A DNA stretch of 63,593 nt, counting the filler, from Perkinsus chesapeaki ATCC PRA-425 (taxonomy: Eukaryota; Protista; Perkinsozoa), in NCBI GenBank assembly GCA_013115145.1. It is 8 parts of 8 records of this genome, joined end to end, with 100 filler letters (N's around TTAATTAATTAA, not from the genome) between each part and the next. Parts side by side here need not be neighbours in the genome. Positions count along the whole stretch, not along the records: positions 1 to 15,045 come from JAAPAO010000735.1; positions 15,146 to 37,339 come from JAAPAO010000584.1; 6 more parts are not named here. One strand, written 5' to 3'. This document shows positions 13,271 to 24,172 of the stretch, one piece after another. The notes beneath the pieces were generated by a model. The model had not been told where the DNA came from, did no database searches, and saw only the letters and a program-made list of their open reading frames with translations. The stretch's first letter is position 1; each line of letters starts with the position of its first letter. Both the position numbers and the translations under genes were made by a program.

Positions 13271-14643
13271 TCATTCACTTTCTTCGACATTGTCAGCTGG
13301 GAAAAGCTTATCAATCGCCTCACGTTGGTCCTCAGTTAAAGTCTCTGGGAACTTAACATTCATCTTGACCTATCAGACACACATCTCCAAAAGAGCTATC
13401 TCCATCAGCTTACATATAAATCACCGTAGTCACTGTGACCGCCTCCCTCAACTTTATGCGGCATTCCTTCCCCAACAATTTTAATAACCTCGAAAGGTTG
13501 ACAAACTTCACCTCCAGATTTCACAAGGCGGACCTGACTCGCGCTGAAACCACTCCAATCCGAATGTCTGTTATTCACACCTGATGACCGTCCAGATGAG
13601 TCATTGTTCTATCAAAGCCAAGAAGGGCCTCTTTTAATGGTATCTCAGTCGCAGTCCTCAAATCGTATCCATTTTCCCGAACAAATCTTTGATCGGCGGC
13701 CTGCTTGATGGTGAATATCAAATTGCCCGGTATTTGCCCTGGCCTTTGCTCGCCCATCGCATCGAATACTATCTGAACAAATACGGACCACTTACGGCTC
13801 TAGCGATGACATTCACACGACTTGCACGATGAGATGGCTGTGAGTTTATTATTATTAATAAACGAGTTAATGCCTTATTATAACGGATCATATGAGCTAC
13901 AAACTTGTAGGAATTTCGTGGTTAAAAGCCGCGACTGGGGATCGAACCTGCGTGTTTAAATAGACTGCTGGGCCCGACTTCCGACTTCACCGGCTTACCT
14001 GTTCTCCATCCATCATACCCTTCTCGATGTGAAGTTCGAGTTCAGTGTCCTCATTTTTACACCTTTCACGACTGGGAACTTGCTGCTGTTGTTGGACAAA
14101 GAACCCAGGGCCAACCTGCGCACAATCTCCAACGCACTGTGAAGATTCTGGATACGAATTATCATATGCAGACATATCTCCGATCTAGTGTGATTTTTCA
14201 TTGGGAAGATCTCTTATGAAATCGAAAGAATGATACCTCTAAAGATAACAACTATAGGAAGTCCGAAACAACTGAGGTTGTAGGGAGCGGATAAATAATG
14301 GTAAATGATTTACTACTATGGTGGTGATGATGATGCGTGGATAACAGACACACTTTTGAGTGTATCAGCAGCCATACTAATAGAACGTAGAGATACTCAC
14401 CTGCTGTTGAACCATTTTAATCTCATCTGGGCATTTGCCGCATCCTCTACACTTCTCCATATTAGGCTTCTGTCTGCATCCGGTACAAACTACTCGGCGA
14501 TTGATTTTAACCTTCTCATTGGCTCCAGTATACCTACCAAACATCACCTCCGGACCGAAGACCACTTCGTGAACCGCCGCGAAATATATGAAAACATGGA
14601 CGAATTTTCCAATCCGTGTTCGGGCGGCTTGAGGACTTCCCAA
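13271..14643 (-). CDS. DnaJ/Hsp40 co-chaperone, C-terminal part (DNAJB11/ERdj3-like); J domain not located, possibly upstream or in the gap
   Basis: CTGC..CRGCGKCPDEIKMVQQQ, VGPGFFVQQQQQVPSRERC, LHIEKGMMDGEQ, GNLIFTIK, IPLKEALLGFDRTMTHLDGH, GEGMP...GDLYVKMNVKFPETL. Confidence 0.85.
13928..13994 (-). pseudogene. Degenerate tRNA-like relic (His-like ends) inside a DnaJ intron
   Basis: Reverse strand GCCGGTGAAG...GGTTCGATCCCCAGTCGCGGC-TTTT: B-box, a partly pairing acceptor stem and a T-run. No intact anticodon arm. Confidence 0.5.
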
Positions 14644-14974
14644 TCGGGGTGTTATAGTTTTGGATGATCGCAGGTCGACGAGGGGATGATACAGAAATGG
14701 TATCTTATGCTTACAATGTCCGAAGCTTCGAATTCCCGTCAGTCACGATGACAAGATCATTTAATTTGTATTTACGCTGTGAACTGTTAGAATCAAAGAT
14801 ACTGTGAAAATGAGATAATAGCAATAACGGAGCTGGCGAAACAGTATGTGGCGTGCCCCGACAGATGACTCCAAATTTTCAACATGTGCTCACGAACATG
14901 GTTCAAGATATTCCCTACAATTATCCGATTCCCGACCTAAATCCATAGACGTCTGATATCCATCTCTACCAATG

Positions 14975-14975
<1 letters not shown>

Positions 14976-15045
<70 letters not shown>
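14976..15045. other. Poly-G run at a contig end, probable sequencing artefact
   Basis: About 70 consecutive G directly abutting an N spacer. Confidence 0.8.
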
Positions 15046-15145
15046 NNNNNNNNNNNNNNNNNNNNNNNNNNNNNNNNNNNNNNNNNNNNTTAATTAATTA
15101 ANNNNNNNNNNNNNNNNNNNNNNNNNNNNNNNNNNNNNNNNNNNN
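15046..15145. other. Artificial contig spacer (N + TTAATTAATTAA + N); same linker at 37340-37439, 41261-41360, 45651-45750, 59176-59275, 60824-60923 and 62430-62529
   Basis: Identical 100-nt structure each time, with stops in all six frames. Confidence 0.97.
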
Positions 15146-15340
15146 CTAACTGATGTCACGACGGAGCGAAGTAAAGCACGTTTCGCAACTTTCCCGCTTC
15201 CATCTCCGAGATGGAACATTAACACGGTTCATAAAACCTCAAAAAATTCAAGCAACTTGCGCTATCTGCAAGTTTCCAAGATTTCCACCTCGACACATTC
15301 CGCTGTCTCCTCCTCCTCTGTTGTCACCTTGAACCTCAAG

Positions 15341-16135
15341 ATGTTTAATCGTATTTGCATTCTTTACGGGTTAATAGTAGATATATGCTGTATAGCCAAA
15401 GTACCGGTAGAATGGCTATACGGCAGAAGCTTCAGTGACTCAGAGGTGGACGCTGACTATTACCTAACCCCTGTCTGAAGAGAGAAACGCTTCACGGTCG
15501 TTCGAGAGGGTGGCCCTGTAGGGTCATTCAAGACTTGGCACCAATTTACTACTGATTATGAAACAAAGCCAACCACACCAGTGCAGAAAGCTTTGGTCTT
15601 TGCTGTCGAACGGGTAACGCTCGTCCAACAAGTGTTTCATGTTACCGTTAATAGCAAGTCGGGTGAAAAGACGTGCTTTTCGGAGTATCCAGAGGCGACG
15701 TCCACACTTCCGGAAGGCTTTCTCGCCGACTTGAACCGAATATGCCACAGCAAGTCGCTCCACGTTGTAACGCCTTCTGAAAGTCTTAAACCCGGCAGCT
15801 ACTCTGGTGAGATCTATAATGGTCCAACCTTGAAGGCGTCGATTGGCCAAGATGGATCGTTGAAGTCAGCTCAACTAATTTCTAAGCCATCACAATCCAA
15901 TCTGCTGTACATGCCGTTGGGAGGGGTCTTTATTCACGCTAAGGCTGGAAAGTCACAATTCATATTAAAAGATCCCAGGGGCGACGACGTTCACACTACC
16001 GGCTCGATTGGCCGTTCGAACCTTCACACATGGGACTCTGTTTACAAGCCCAAGTTCAGGCGTAGACAACCTGCATCCCTCAATCCAAGCAAAGCGGAGT
16101 CTGGCAACGAGGCTGATGTGGAGGACAACATCTAG
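15341..16135 (+). CDS. Putative secreted hypothetical protein (two exons)
   Basis: Signal-like MFNRICILYGLIVDICCIAK at 15341, a short intron with ctaac branch and AG near 15480, then a 184+ aa open frame. Confidence 0.55.
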
Positions 16136-16340
16136 GATTGACGTCTTATATCGATAGAGAGCCACCGAAGAAGGATATGATAATGTTTTAGTAGTTATTT
16201 GATGTTGCATGTGAAATGTGTGTTATGATGTACCAGTAGTGTGTCTTGTTAATAGTTACGGCGCGCATTAGTAACGTATTCGGATAATAAAAGCATCAAC
16301 ATTAAGCATTACTATATATCATTGCTGATAAGGTAGAGAC

Positions 16341-16401
16341 CAGCAGCTGTGCTGATGTGCGATTCAGCAGCTGTGCTGATGTGCGATTCAGCAGCTGTGC
16401 T
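16341..16401. repeat. 24-nt tandem repeat, 2.5 copies
   Basis: cagcagctgtgctgatgtgcgatt repeated. Confidence 0.9.
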
Positions 16402-16444
16402 ACTGATGCAACACCCTCGGCTTAATTACTATTAACGTTATTTG

Positions 16445-18510
16445 CTACCAGTCGGTTAACGATGAGCTTATGGGTTTCACTTTAAACTCAACGAACAGCG
16501 ATTTATATGCCATACAAGATACACGTGCTGTTATGCACAATCTCGACCATTCTCTCGATTGGATGCCTCTAGCTCTGCTTCCATTATACTCAGACTTACG
16601 AGATAATTGGCATACTCTGAAGTGTGAGAACTCATTATATCCTTTCGACGTGCCTGAAGATTCATAACAATGTCGAAATAGGATTAACACGGTTCGTGTC
16701 TCACCTCTAAACGCCGCTTCTCATTGAGCGCGCCAATAGCCAAGTCCTTCTCCTCCCTTCCAAGTTGATGATCTAGTGTCACTTGCCAATGGGGAAACAA
16801 TCGCGGCGCTCACTCAGTTCGTTGTATCTCTCGTGTGCTTCCTTTGTAGACTTCACAGCAGCGGCGCCTGCCCTCAGAACCCCTTCAAGCTTATTATCGT
16901 TAGGGTTTGGTGGACTGGTTAGTGACATACTAAAAACACCTCGCGGTAAGCCCATAGCGGTGAAAGGAGCCTCGAAATCATCTACAACTTTTCGAACCGT
17001 CCAGAGCAACCGGCTTCTTGCCGTTTTTTGAGAGGTTATGTGATGCTATCAATTTCGCTGAATGACATCGGCTCAGGCTCAGGCGGATCGGCTCTAATAT
17101 AGACATATAGAGCTTCTCTCACACTGTGGGAGCCGAGATGCTGCATGTCTTGTACTTCTTCGATCGTAAGTAATGTTGCATTAGTGGAGAGTATCTGCGG
17201 GGCACTAGGCGAAGCTGACCATCATCAATCATACCGCAATTCGGCTCGGAGCTTCGAGTGTTTCCCTCTTTGGCCGCCTTTGATTGGAGGGAACAGATTG
17301 TCACAGAGTATACCAACATTGTTATCCTAGCAATACCAAAAGCGAGGATCTCGTCTTGCATTGCGGAGGGCTTACGGTGGCTGGCTCGAAGCTCTGTGGT
17401 TCCATTTTCTGCTGGTCTCCACTGTACGGTGTCGTCTTCTTGGAACCTGACGTGGGCTTCGTTGCTGCTGCATGGGAGCAGGGACCCTTCAAGGAAACGG
17501 CCTTGGGCGCATCACATAACACATCCCCTCCACCGAGGCTGAGTTTCCAGTGTGATGTATCTGGGTACTCGGAGATGACACCTGACAAGGTTCATGCCAC
17601 CATCGGGGGAGTTCTTGGCCGGTTTATTTAAATATCGTGGACTGATTATACCTGTGGTCCAGAAGGCTAAGAGTGAGGTGAGGGATCTCCGAAAATCTTC
17701 TAGTAAGCTCATTCGAGACTTCGGATATGCCAAGAACATCCCGTATACGATTGACTGTGCGATCGCATCGTAGAACCTCTGAACAGCGAATAGCTTGATA
17801 AAACAGAAGGACTGACGAGCTCTGTGTATTTTATGACACACATCGAAGAAAAAGTCGCGCCGCTTTGGATCGATGATATCAAATAGCTTCACATAGCTTC
17901 TTGATATTCTGTCGAACAACTTAAATGAAGTTGGACGGAACTCCTTGGGCTTGAAATAGTGGCAAACGCAAAACCTGAACGAGAATGTTTAGTCTTCTTC
18001 AAAACACTCACCAAAAAGAGTCGTTGAGAATCGCCTGACTATATGTCGAGAGGAAATCATCCGCCCAAGCAGCTCGGGCTTTGGATGATGCACTCTGAGC
18101 TTGCAAGTTGGCGAGGACATTAGTAAGCACCTCGATGAGCCACGATACGCTCAGAGGTCACGATCGCTCCGTTGTTAGCGGTTTCTCCGCAGGCGTTCGG
18201 GAAAAGGCAGCGCCCCGAGTCCCGCAAGCTTCCATGCCCCCCAATGGGGGGCCCCCATCCCACTTTTTTCATCGGTATGGTTTTTGGAAGCGGATAGCAA
18301 AGAGCATCTGGGTCACTGAAGTTAGGGTCATCCGGATAAGGTGCGTTGGCATCCTCGACGCGGAACACGTCTTCGTCTCGTTTGGGTTCTGGGAGAATTC
18401 AACGATCGTTCTCAGTAATCATATAAAGCGTCCAGTAGAGCTTTACTTGGGCGAATTGTGTCGGCTATCCCCGTGTCTGGTATTTCGGTATTATCTTGGC
18501 TCAGCGGATG
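16445..18510 (-). CDS. FAM227-like (FWWh-domain) protein, multi-exon; both ends approximate
   Basis: Spliced ILNDSFW|FCVCHYFKP..KLFDRISRSYVKLF..RRDFFF..DAIAQSIVYGMFLAYPKSR..EDFRRSLTSLLAFWTTGI resembles the conserved FAM227 core. Confidence 0.75.
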
Positions 18511-19731
18511 CCTAAGACCGAAGGACTGCGAGAATGTGACTTCTCTACATCACACAATGCGCTGGCAATCGCAGTGATGATTGTGGAGTTAGATTTATTC
18601 GGCGGTTCTTCGTTGGACATATGCTTTGATATCCAAAAATGTATGCTTAACCGTTTAACCGCTGACCCAGCATTCCTCTACCGTTACTAACTGGACATGG
18701 AGCTCCTTTAATGACCTTATCTTCGAGGAAGCCATATATCTTTGTAATCTTGCGCACCACAGTAGACACACAATACGACATATACGTATGATTATTCGTC
18801 GAGCTACACGAGGGGCGCACTGAAAGTGCATATCGATTAACGACTCGGATTTCGATTTTTAAGCTTCTAAAACTAGGCCAGCTAGACTGAGGGCTATCTC
18901 CAGATTCTGGAGATTCTGGAGTCCAGAAGTACCGTGACGGCAGTCGGCAAGTGACGTGTGGTTAAACTCCCTACAACGCAATTCTGACTTGCACGTAGGA
19001 GCGTAAGTTAAACAGCTTTACTTTGTATAACACTCCGTCAAAGCTGCTAATAGTTTGCCACCATCTTGCTGTCTAATAAAAAATGTCTATGCGCCCCATG
19101 TTAGGAACAATTTCCAAGTACGGGAATCTCGTATCTGGCATTTAAGTTAAAATGTTTGAGTGGCAAGCGGTATCCAGATGAACTTAACACCACTATTAAG
19201 CCTGGTGGTGAATCAGAGTCGGTCCGGTTAAATCATAGCCGTTGAGTTGAGATTCCAAATGTCGCTACTATCGAAACCAGACCATTGCACTACTCAGGCT
19301 ATGAGAATGATTAGTTCCTACGAGCCAGATTACGCCAATTATCTAACAGCATTTGTAGTATGGTTATAATTCACGAGTGGTAGTTACTAGCAGGTAGTAG
19401 TGTGTATACGGCCTGTTATACGCAGGTGGGAAGGTGTATGCCGCGGATACTTGAAACAGATATCTACAGAATCAGTTCAACCGTTGGGACGTTGGGGGCC
19501 CAAAACTTAGCCCCACGATTTCGAGTGAGTGTTCTATTTAAGGCGAGCGATATCGCCTCTTGCGTAGTATAGATATCGCTCGCCATGAATTCCCGAATCC
19601 GAAACCGCCTTTGAAACGGCTGTCAGTATCGAACTTGAAATGGCTGTCAGTACTTCTTGGTACACTCGTAGTGTGGTTCGGGCCTTGGTCGATTTGACAC
19701 GTTTCTCTTGCAGTGCAATCATTGAATATAA

Positions 19732-20082
19732 ATGAACACGCTTTCAATGACCATCCTCGTGGTTTTGTTGGCCTTGGGTTTGGCCGAGAACCTCAACGAA
19801 AACCCTTTCGTGAGGTACTCTCAGGCTTGGTGGGACTGGGAGTCACATCACTCGCAGAGTGATTGGTTTCCTATCTCCACCACCCAGGTGGTGAGTGAAG
19901 GCGGTACCACCACCGCCTACTCCATTCCAAGTACCCCCGTAGGAATGGTCCCGAAGGTCGGGACCGAACCCATTCCTACGGGTGGTCTCAGAGGAGTGTC
20001 TAACGCGGCTATTGGACTGTTGTTCAATACCGCTGTTATATTACCAGTAATATCGAACATATTCTGTTTGATATTGCTCTAA
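19732..20082 (+). CDS. Small putative GPI-anchored or membrane surface protein
   Basis: Signal peptide MNTLSMTILVVLLALGLA, a Ser/Thr/Pro-rich middle and a hydrophobic C-terminal tail. Confidence 0.7.
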   Translation: MNTLSMTILVVLLALGLAENLNENPFVRYSQAWWDWESHHSQSDWFPISTTQVVSEGGTTTAYSIPSTPVGMVPKVGTEPIPTGGLRGVSNAAIGLLFNTAVILPVISNIFCLILL

Positions 20083-20264
20083 TTGGTTATGAATACTATG
20101 AAAAAAACCACCATGCAGTACAGTGTAGAGTCGAAGTTGTTGAGTTTGTAGTTATGTATATATTTTATCCGTAGTTTGGTTTAGGTTTAGTTCGTATTCA
20201 GTTTATACCAATCGTTGCTCAGTACTTGTGAATCACAAGTTGTGATTGGGTCCAAGATGACATC

Positions 20265-22848
20265 TTGAAGATGCTAGTGCCACCAATGTGGTGCTGCTGG
20301 CCCACTGTGGGCAACCCACCGCAGTATAATAGAGGGTATTACGACTCCACTAGCGGCCCGGATATAGTGGAACTATATGCTAAATTAGCAGTGACTGCAT
20401 TAACACTGCCAATGCAGTCACGTCTGAACTGGTGGCTGAGTAGCGCTGTCTACGCTGGACTAATTTTGCATGCAGAAGTCTATTTGTTTAACTTATTAAG
20501 TTATGCTTTTGAAGTCTGTCAAATGGCCTTCCTTAGTCTCTGGTCGCCGCTCTATTTCGCGCATGACAGTATCCGCCACCTCTTGCTTGGCCACAATGAG
20601 TAACATCGAGGATGATGAGGTAGTATCGGAAGTGTTCCTTGCAGCATTAGGGCAGATGTGTCTCAGCAGGACGTAGTTATGCCTCCCCCAGTCGTATCCG
20701 AGTTCTGCGAAAAGCTCGGGGCATGTCTGCGGACTCGAGATTTTGATAGGATTCTGGAAATTATTAAAAATGAACGCCACATTACTCAGAAGTAGGCCCG
20801 TGTTATTCACGGAGTCGCGCATCCAGCGCCTTCCGCAGACCCTTCATCGCAGGGGATCTAACTGCCGCTATCAGTGCTGTTGTGAAAACAATTGATACCT
20901 CCGCAGACCGACTGAATGGCTCAGCGAGGGAGACACTGGGACTCTTGGGTATGATGTATTATTTTTTTGTTCTTGCTCAATGATTTCGGCTCAGTGACGG
21001 ATCTAGCCCTTATGTATGTGAAGCTCTCTGAATCGGAGTTAGTACAGACGTATGAGGCTGCTATTTCCATACAGACGGGACCGATGAGGGGAACTGATGA
21101 CAGCAGCAACACTCTGGACAAAACACTGGTTGCGATGCAGGATCATGTTGCTCGGAAAAAGGGCAAATTTATGTCCAGTCATTGTAAGCCAGCGGGCCTC
21201 GTTGCCTGTGGGATTATTTAATCGCTTTGAATGCGCTCACTTGATACCTATATAAATATAATGTAGCTAACATGGGTATCTTTGTGTCACGTTCGTGGCG
21301 TAATCATATCAATTACTTATCATTCAACTTCCCTCAGCTCTTGCTCGGGTGGCATCATTCTCCCTTCGCCTCGACAGTCTTATCCGTTCGGAATTTTTCG
21401 TGCCTGTTGCCAAAGAGTTATTCAACCGAGGAGCGAAGGGCTGCGGTGGTAGAAATGACGGAATTCGAGGACTCTGGACAAAGGCGGTGCCTGGGGTAAT
21501 AACGTGGCTCATATCACGTGGGAAGAGGGCCTGCAACAGGCGCTGTTGGGATCGTAGATGACTCGCGCTTCTTCAAATAAAATTTTTATATCGAATCGAC
21601 GCGGAAATGGTCACTGCTAGCATCACCTTATAGTTGGCTTCGGTTGTCTGAATCATCTCGCTCACTTTTACGGCTCATACACTGCTGACTTCTCAGTCAG
21701 CCTTGCTGCACTTTTACGGCTCATACACTGCTCACTTCTCAGTCAGCCTTGCTGCACTTTTACGGCTCATACACTGCTCACTTCTCAGTCAGCCTTGTTG
21801 CACTTTTACGGCTCATACACTGCTCACTTCTCAGTCAGCCTTGCTGCACTTTTGCGAGTCGTACTCGATCGCAATCGCGAAGACTGGGATGCACTCGGAG
21901 GGGAATCTATTTTGGCTCCTCCTGGCTTATCTTCGGACTAGAACTGAGGAGTACAAGCCGGCGGATCTTGCTAAAGGACTGCGCATCTGTCATCGACGCG
22001 GTGCTATAAATCGCGATATCGTCGATGCAGTTATCACACGCACAACCGACACCCTCTATGATTACTCTGCCGGTGACATTGTCGCCATCGTAGATGCTGC
22101 CACCCGCTTCGGCTGCACCGACGATGCTCGATTGTCCTTCTCTAAAATAGCAATCGGTGTGGTATCGAAGGAAATCGGCGACATGAGTCGTTCGGCCGCA
22201 GCTTTGTTCCTAATTGGTCTCTCGAGGTTCACTGGTTATCGCATCAAGGAGCTCAACAGCAATCAGTGCGTGCATGCTTTACTCGGCAAACTTGCGGATG
22301 CCGGTACCGGTGCTATAAAACCATTCGAGGTGGTCGAGATTCCGAAATGCCTCCTAAAAAATAGTCTCATTGATGCCGCGCTCTTCCTCCACTACTATGG
22401 ACTTGCCCAGAATCTGTTAGCCGATAGTCTCAGCGCGAAGCAACTGCTATCGCTCTTCGTTACCTACAGTAAAGCAGGCGTCCCTAATGCGGCCTTTGTG
22501 GAGGGGCTATGCCGGGCCCTAGTGGGTACCGGAGCTGTATTGGAGTTCCCAGCGGCCCAGCTGCTTGCAGTGTACCGAGCGATGAATCGGCTGGAGGCGT
22601 TTGAGCGACGTGCTGAGTGTTTTGCGAAGTTATCGGAACAGATCAACACCTGCATCTACCAGCTGATCGCCATGAGTGAGCTAGAGGTGTCAGAAAGCTT
22701 GGCACTCCTGGAGGAAGGTGCCATCGGTCTGGACTGCGGCCCAACCCTTGTACAGCATGCCTTGAGTGATTCTAGCGAAGACGGCAATGTGCGAGGCGCA
22801 GTGGAAAAATTAATTGAAGCGTCAGAGAAGCCATCGTGGCCTGAGTGA
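20265..22848 (+). CDS. Alpha-helical repeat hypothetical protein (RAP/FASTK-like helical repeats suspected), multi-exon; may be two genes
   Basis: Phase-consistent exons near 20820-20950 and 20997-21183, plus a final open frame of about 330 aa with Ala/Leu-rich helical repeats. Confidence 0.55.
21663..21853. repeat. 46-nt tandem minisatellite, 4 copies plus a partial
   Basis: cacttttacggctcatacactgctcacttctcagtcagccttgctg x4, with 1-nt variants and no spacers. Confidence 0.95.
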
Positions 22849-22959
22849 GTGTTTCTGTAACACACCTTCAAGTATTTGAGTTATCCACGTAACGGTGATG
22901 CGTGCGGCGGCGGGGAAGGCATCGATAAGTTGGCAGGGGTTGAGTCATTCCTGGTGAGC

Positions 22960-24005
22960 ATGTCTGCTGCAGAGGAGCAGTCCGGTGCAGAATCGGATTC
23001 AGCAGCCGATGAAATTCTCGGAATCACCGCTGCCGACTTGGCCGACGATCGCATTGTGGTAAGGAGCGATCGATGACTTCATTAAAGGAGGTGCCGGGGA
23101 TTGAACCCATGCGTTGTATATCCGAGCGAGAATGCTTGACCGTTACGCTATGCATTTCGCAGGCATTCATTCGCGGCAACCTGTCTCGTAACTACTATGC
23201 GTCTCGAGAGTGGACGGACGACTTTTACACCCGTCAAGCTTACATCGGTTGCATCGCCGTCTCCTACCAGAATCGGCTCTTGATGCCTGAGATGCAGAAA
23301 AGGTTCGGTGTCGGCTTCCTATCAGACGGGATCAATCGGCAGATACTGTATTATGGAGTTCACCAAGCTCCATATCCCTAAAAAAGTCCGTCGAGCCATC
23401 AGACGGTTGTCTCCGGGGGAGCTTACAATCCGAGCAACCAGAGATCCGACGGGTTCTGGGATAGAGCGAGTGATCAAGGGAATAGCCAGGGCGAATGGGA
23501 AGAACAATTGGCTTGGAACTCGGTATGGAATGGTCGTCGGTTCGATCCCGGCACTTTCCGTTTTAGGTATATAACCATACTGAAGCGGATGAACGAAGAA
23601 GGCCCGATAGCTGTGGGGGACTCTCTTTTTCAAGTTGAGTGTGTAGAAGTGATGGACGCCAATGGCAAGCTCCTCGCTGGCGAAGTCGGGTATACCATGG
23701 GGGGCGTTTATACGTCACTGTCTGGTTTTGTTAACAAAAAAGATCCACAGTGCAGCCACAGGGCTGTCGGACTTTTGCAGATGATAGCTCTCGGCAAGCT
23801 GCTAGAAAAAGGCGGCTACGATTACTGGAATCTCGGTCATCCCCCCAGTGGTGGACAAATGCAATATAAAATCGATATAGGCGGGGAGATCCTCCCGAGG
23901 TTCGACTTTCTACAGCGGTGGGACACTTCACGCGCCAAGCGGCCAGAAAAAGGTTTATCGACGCAGGAGCCCGTTTGCCTTCGGGATTTGTTACAAGTTT
24001 CTTAA
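22960..24005 (+). CDS. Leucyl/phenylalanyl-tRNA-protein transferase-like aminoacyl transferase, multi-exon
   Basis: YYASREWTDDFYTRQAYIGCIAVS..LLMPEMQ, LHIPKKVRR, and VEVMDANGKLLAGEVGYTMGGVYTSLSGF...GLLQMIALGKLLEKGGYDYWNLGHP..MQYKIDIG. Confidence 0.8.
23087..23158 (-). pseudogene. tRNA-Ala-like relic, antisense inside the 23059-23162 intron
   Basis: Reverse strand TAGCGTAACGGTCAAGC (A-box/D-arm-like) ... GGGTTCAATCCCCGGCACCTCC-TTT, the typical 3' end of eukaryotic tRNA-Ala. Confidence 0.6.
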
Positions 24006-24172
24006 CTGTGGTTGTCGAGTTCTCCTAGTCTCAAAAACTCGATTCCAAAGGAGAGAGAGGAAAACATATCGACTTGTTACAAATGGAACAAATGCATGAC
24101 AGAGGCATGCAACATGAAATCAATAATGACGTAAAAACATCCCAGCCGGGATTCGAACTCGCCTGCGTCGGT

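Noticed and set aside
14976-15045. G-quadruplex or telomere-like poly-G
   Set aside because: Pure homopolymer at a contig end; most likely a sequencing artefact.
15090-15101. Recurrent TTAATTAATTAA palindrome
   Set aside because: Always centred in 100-nt N blocks, so it is an artificial joining linker. Gene order across these blocks was not interpreted.
18483-18503. Spliced-leader-like TATCTTGGCTCAG
   Set aside because: Partial match only, antisense to a probable FAM227 exon, with no SL RNA features; likely chance.
18700-19700. Hidden gene or ncRNA in the 1-kb intergenic region
   Set aside because: No convincing ORF or structured RNA beyond one 19-nt palindrome.
21663-21853. CRISPR-like repeat array
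   Set aside because: Units are contiguous with no unique spacers, no cas genes are present and the context is eukaryotic.
23544-23558. GGTTCGATCCCGGC B-box-like sequence
   Set aside because: Lies within the coding region of the transferase gene with no A-box or tRNA context.
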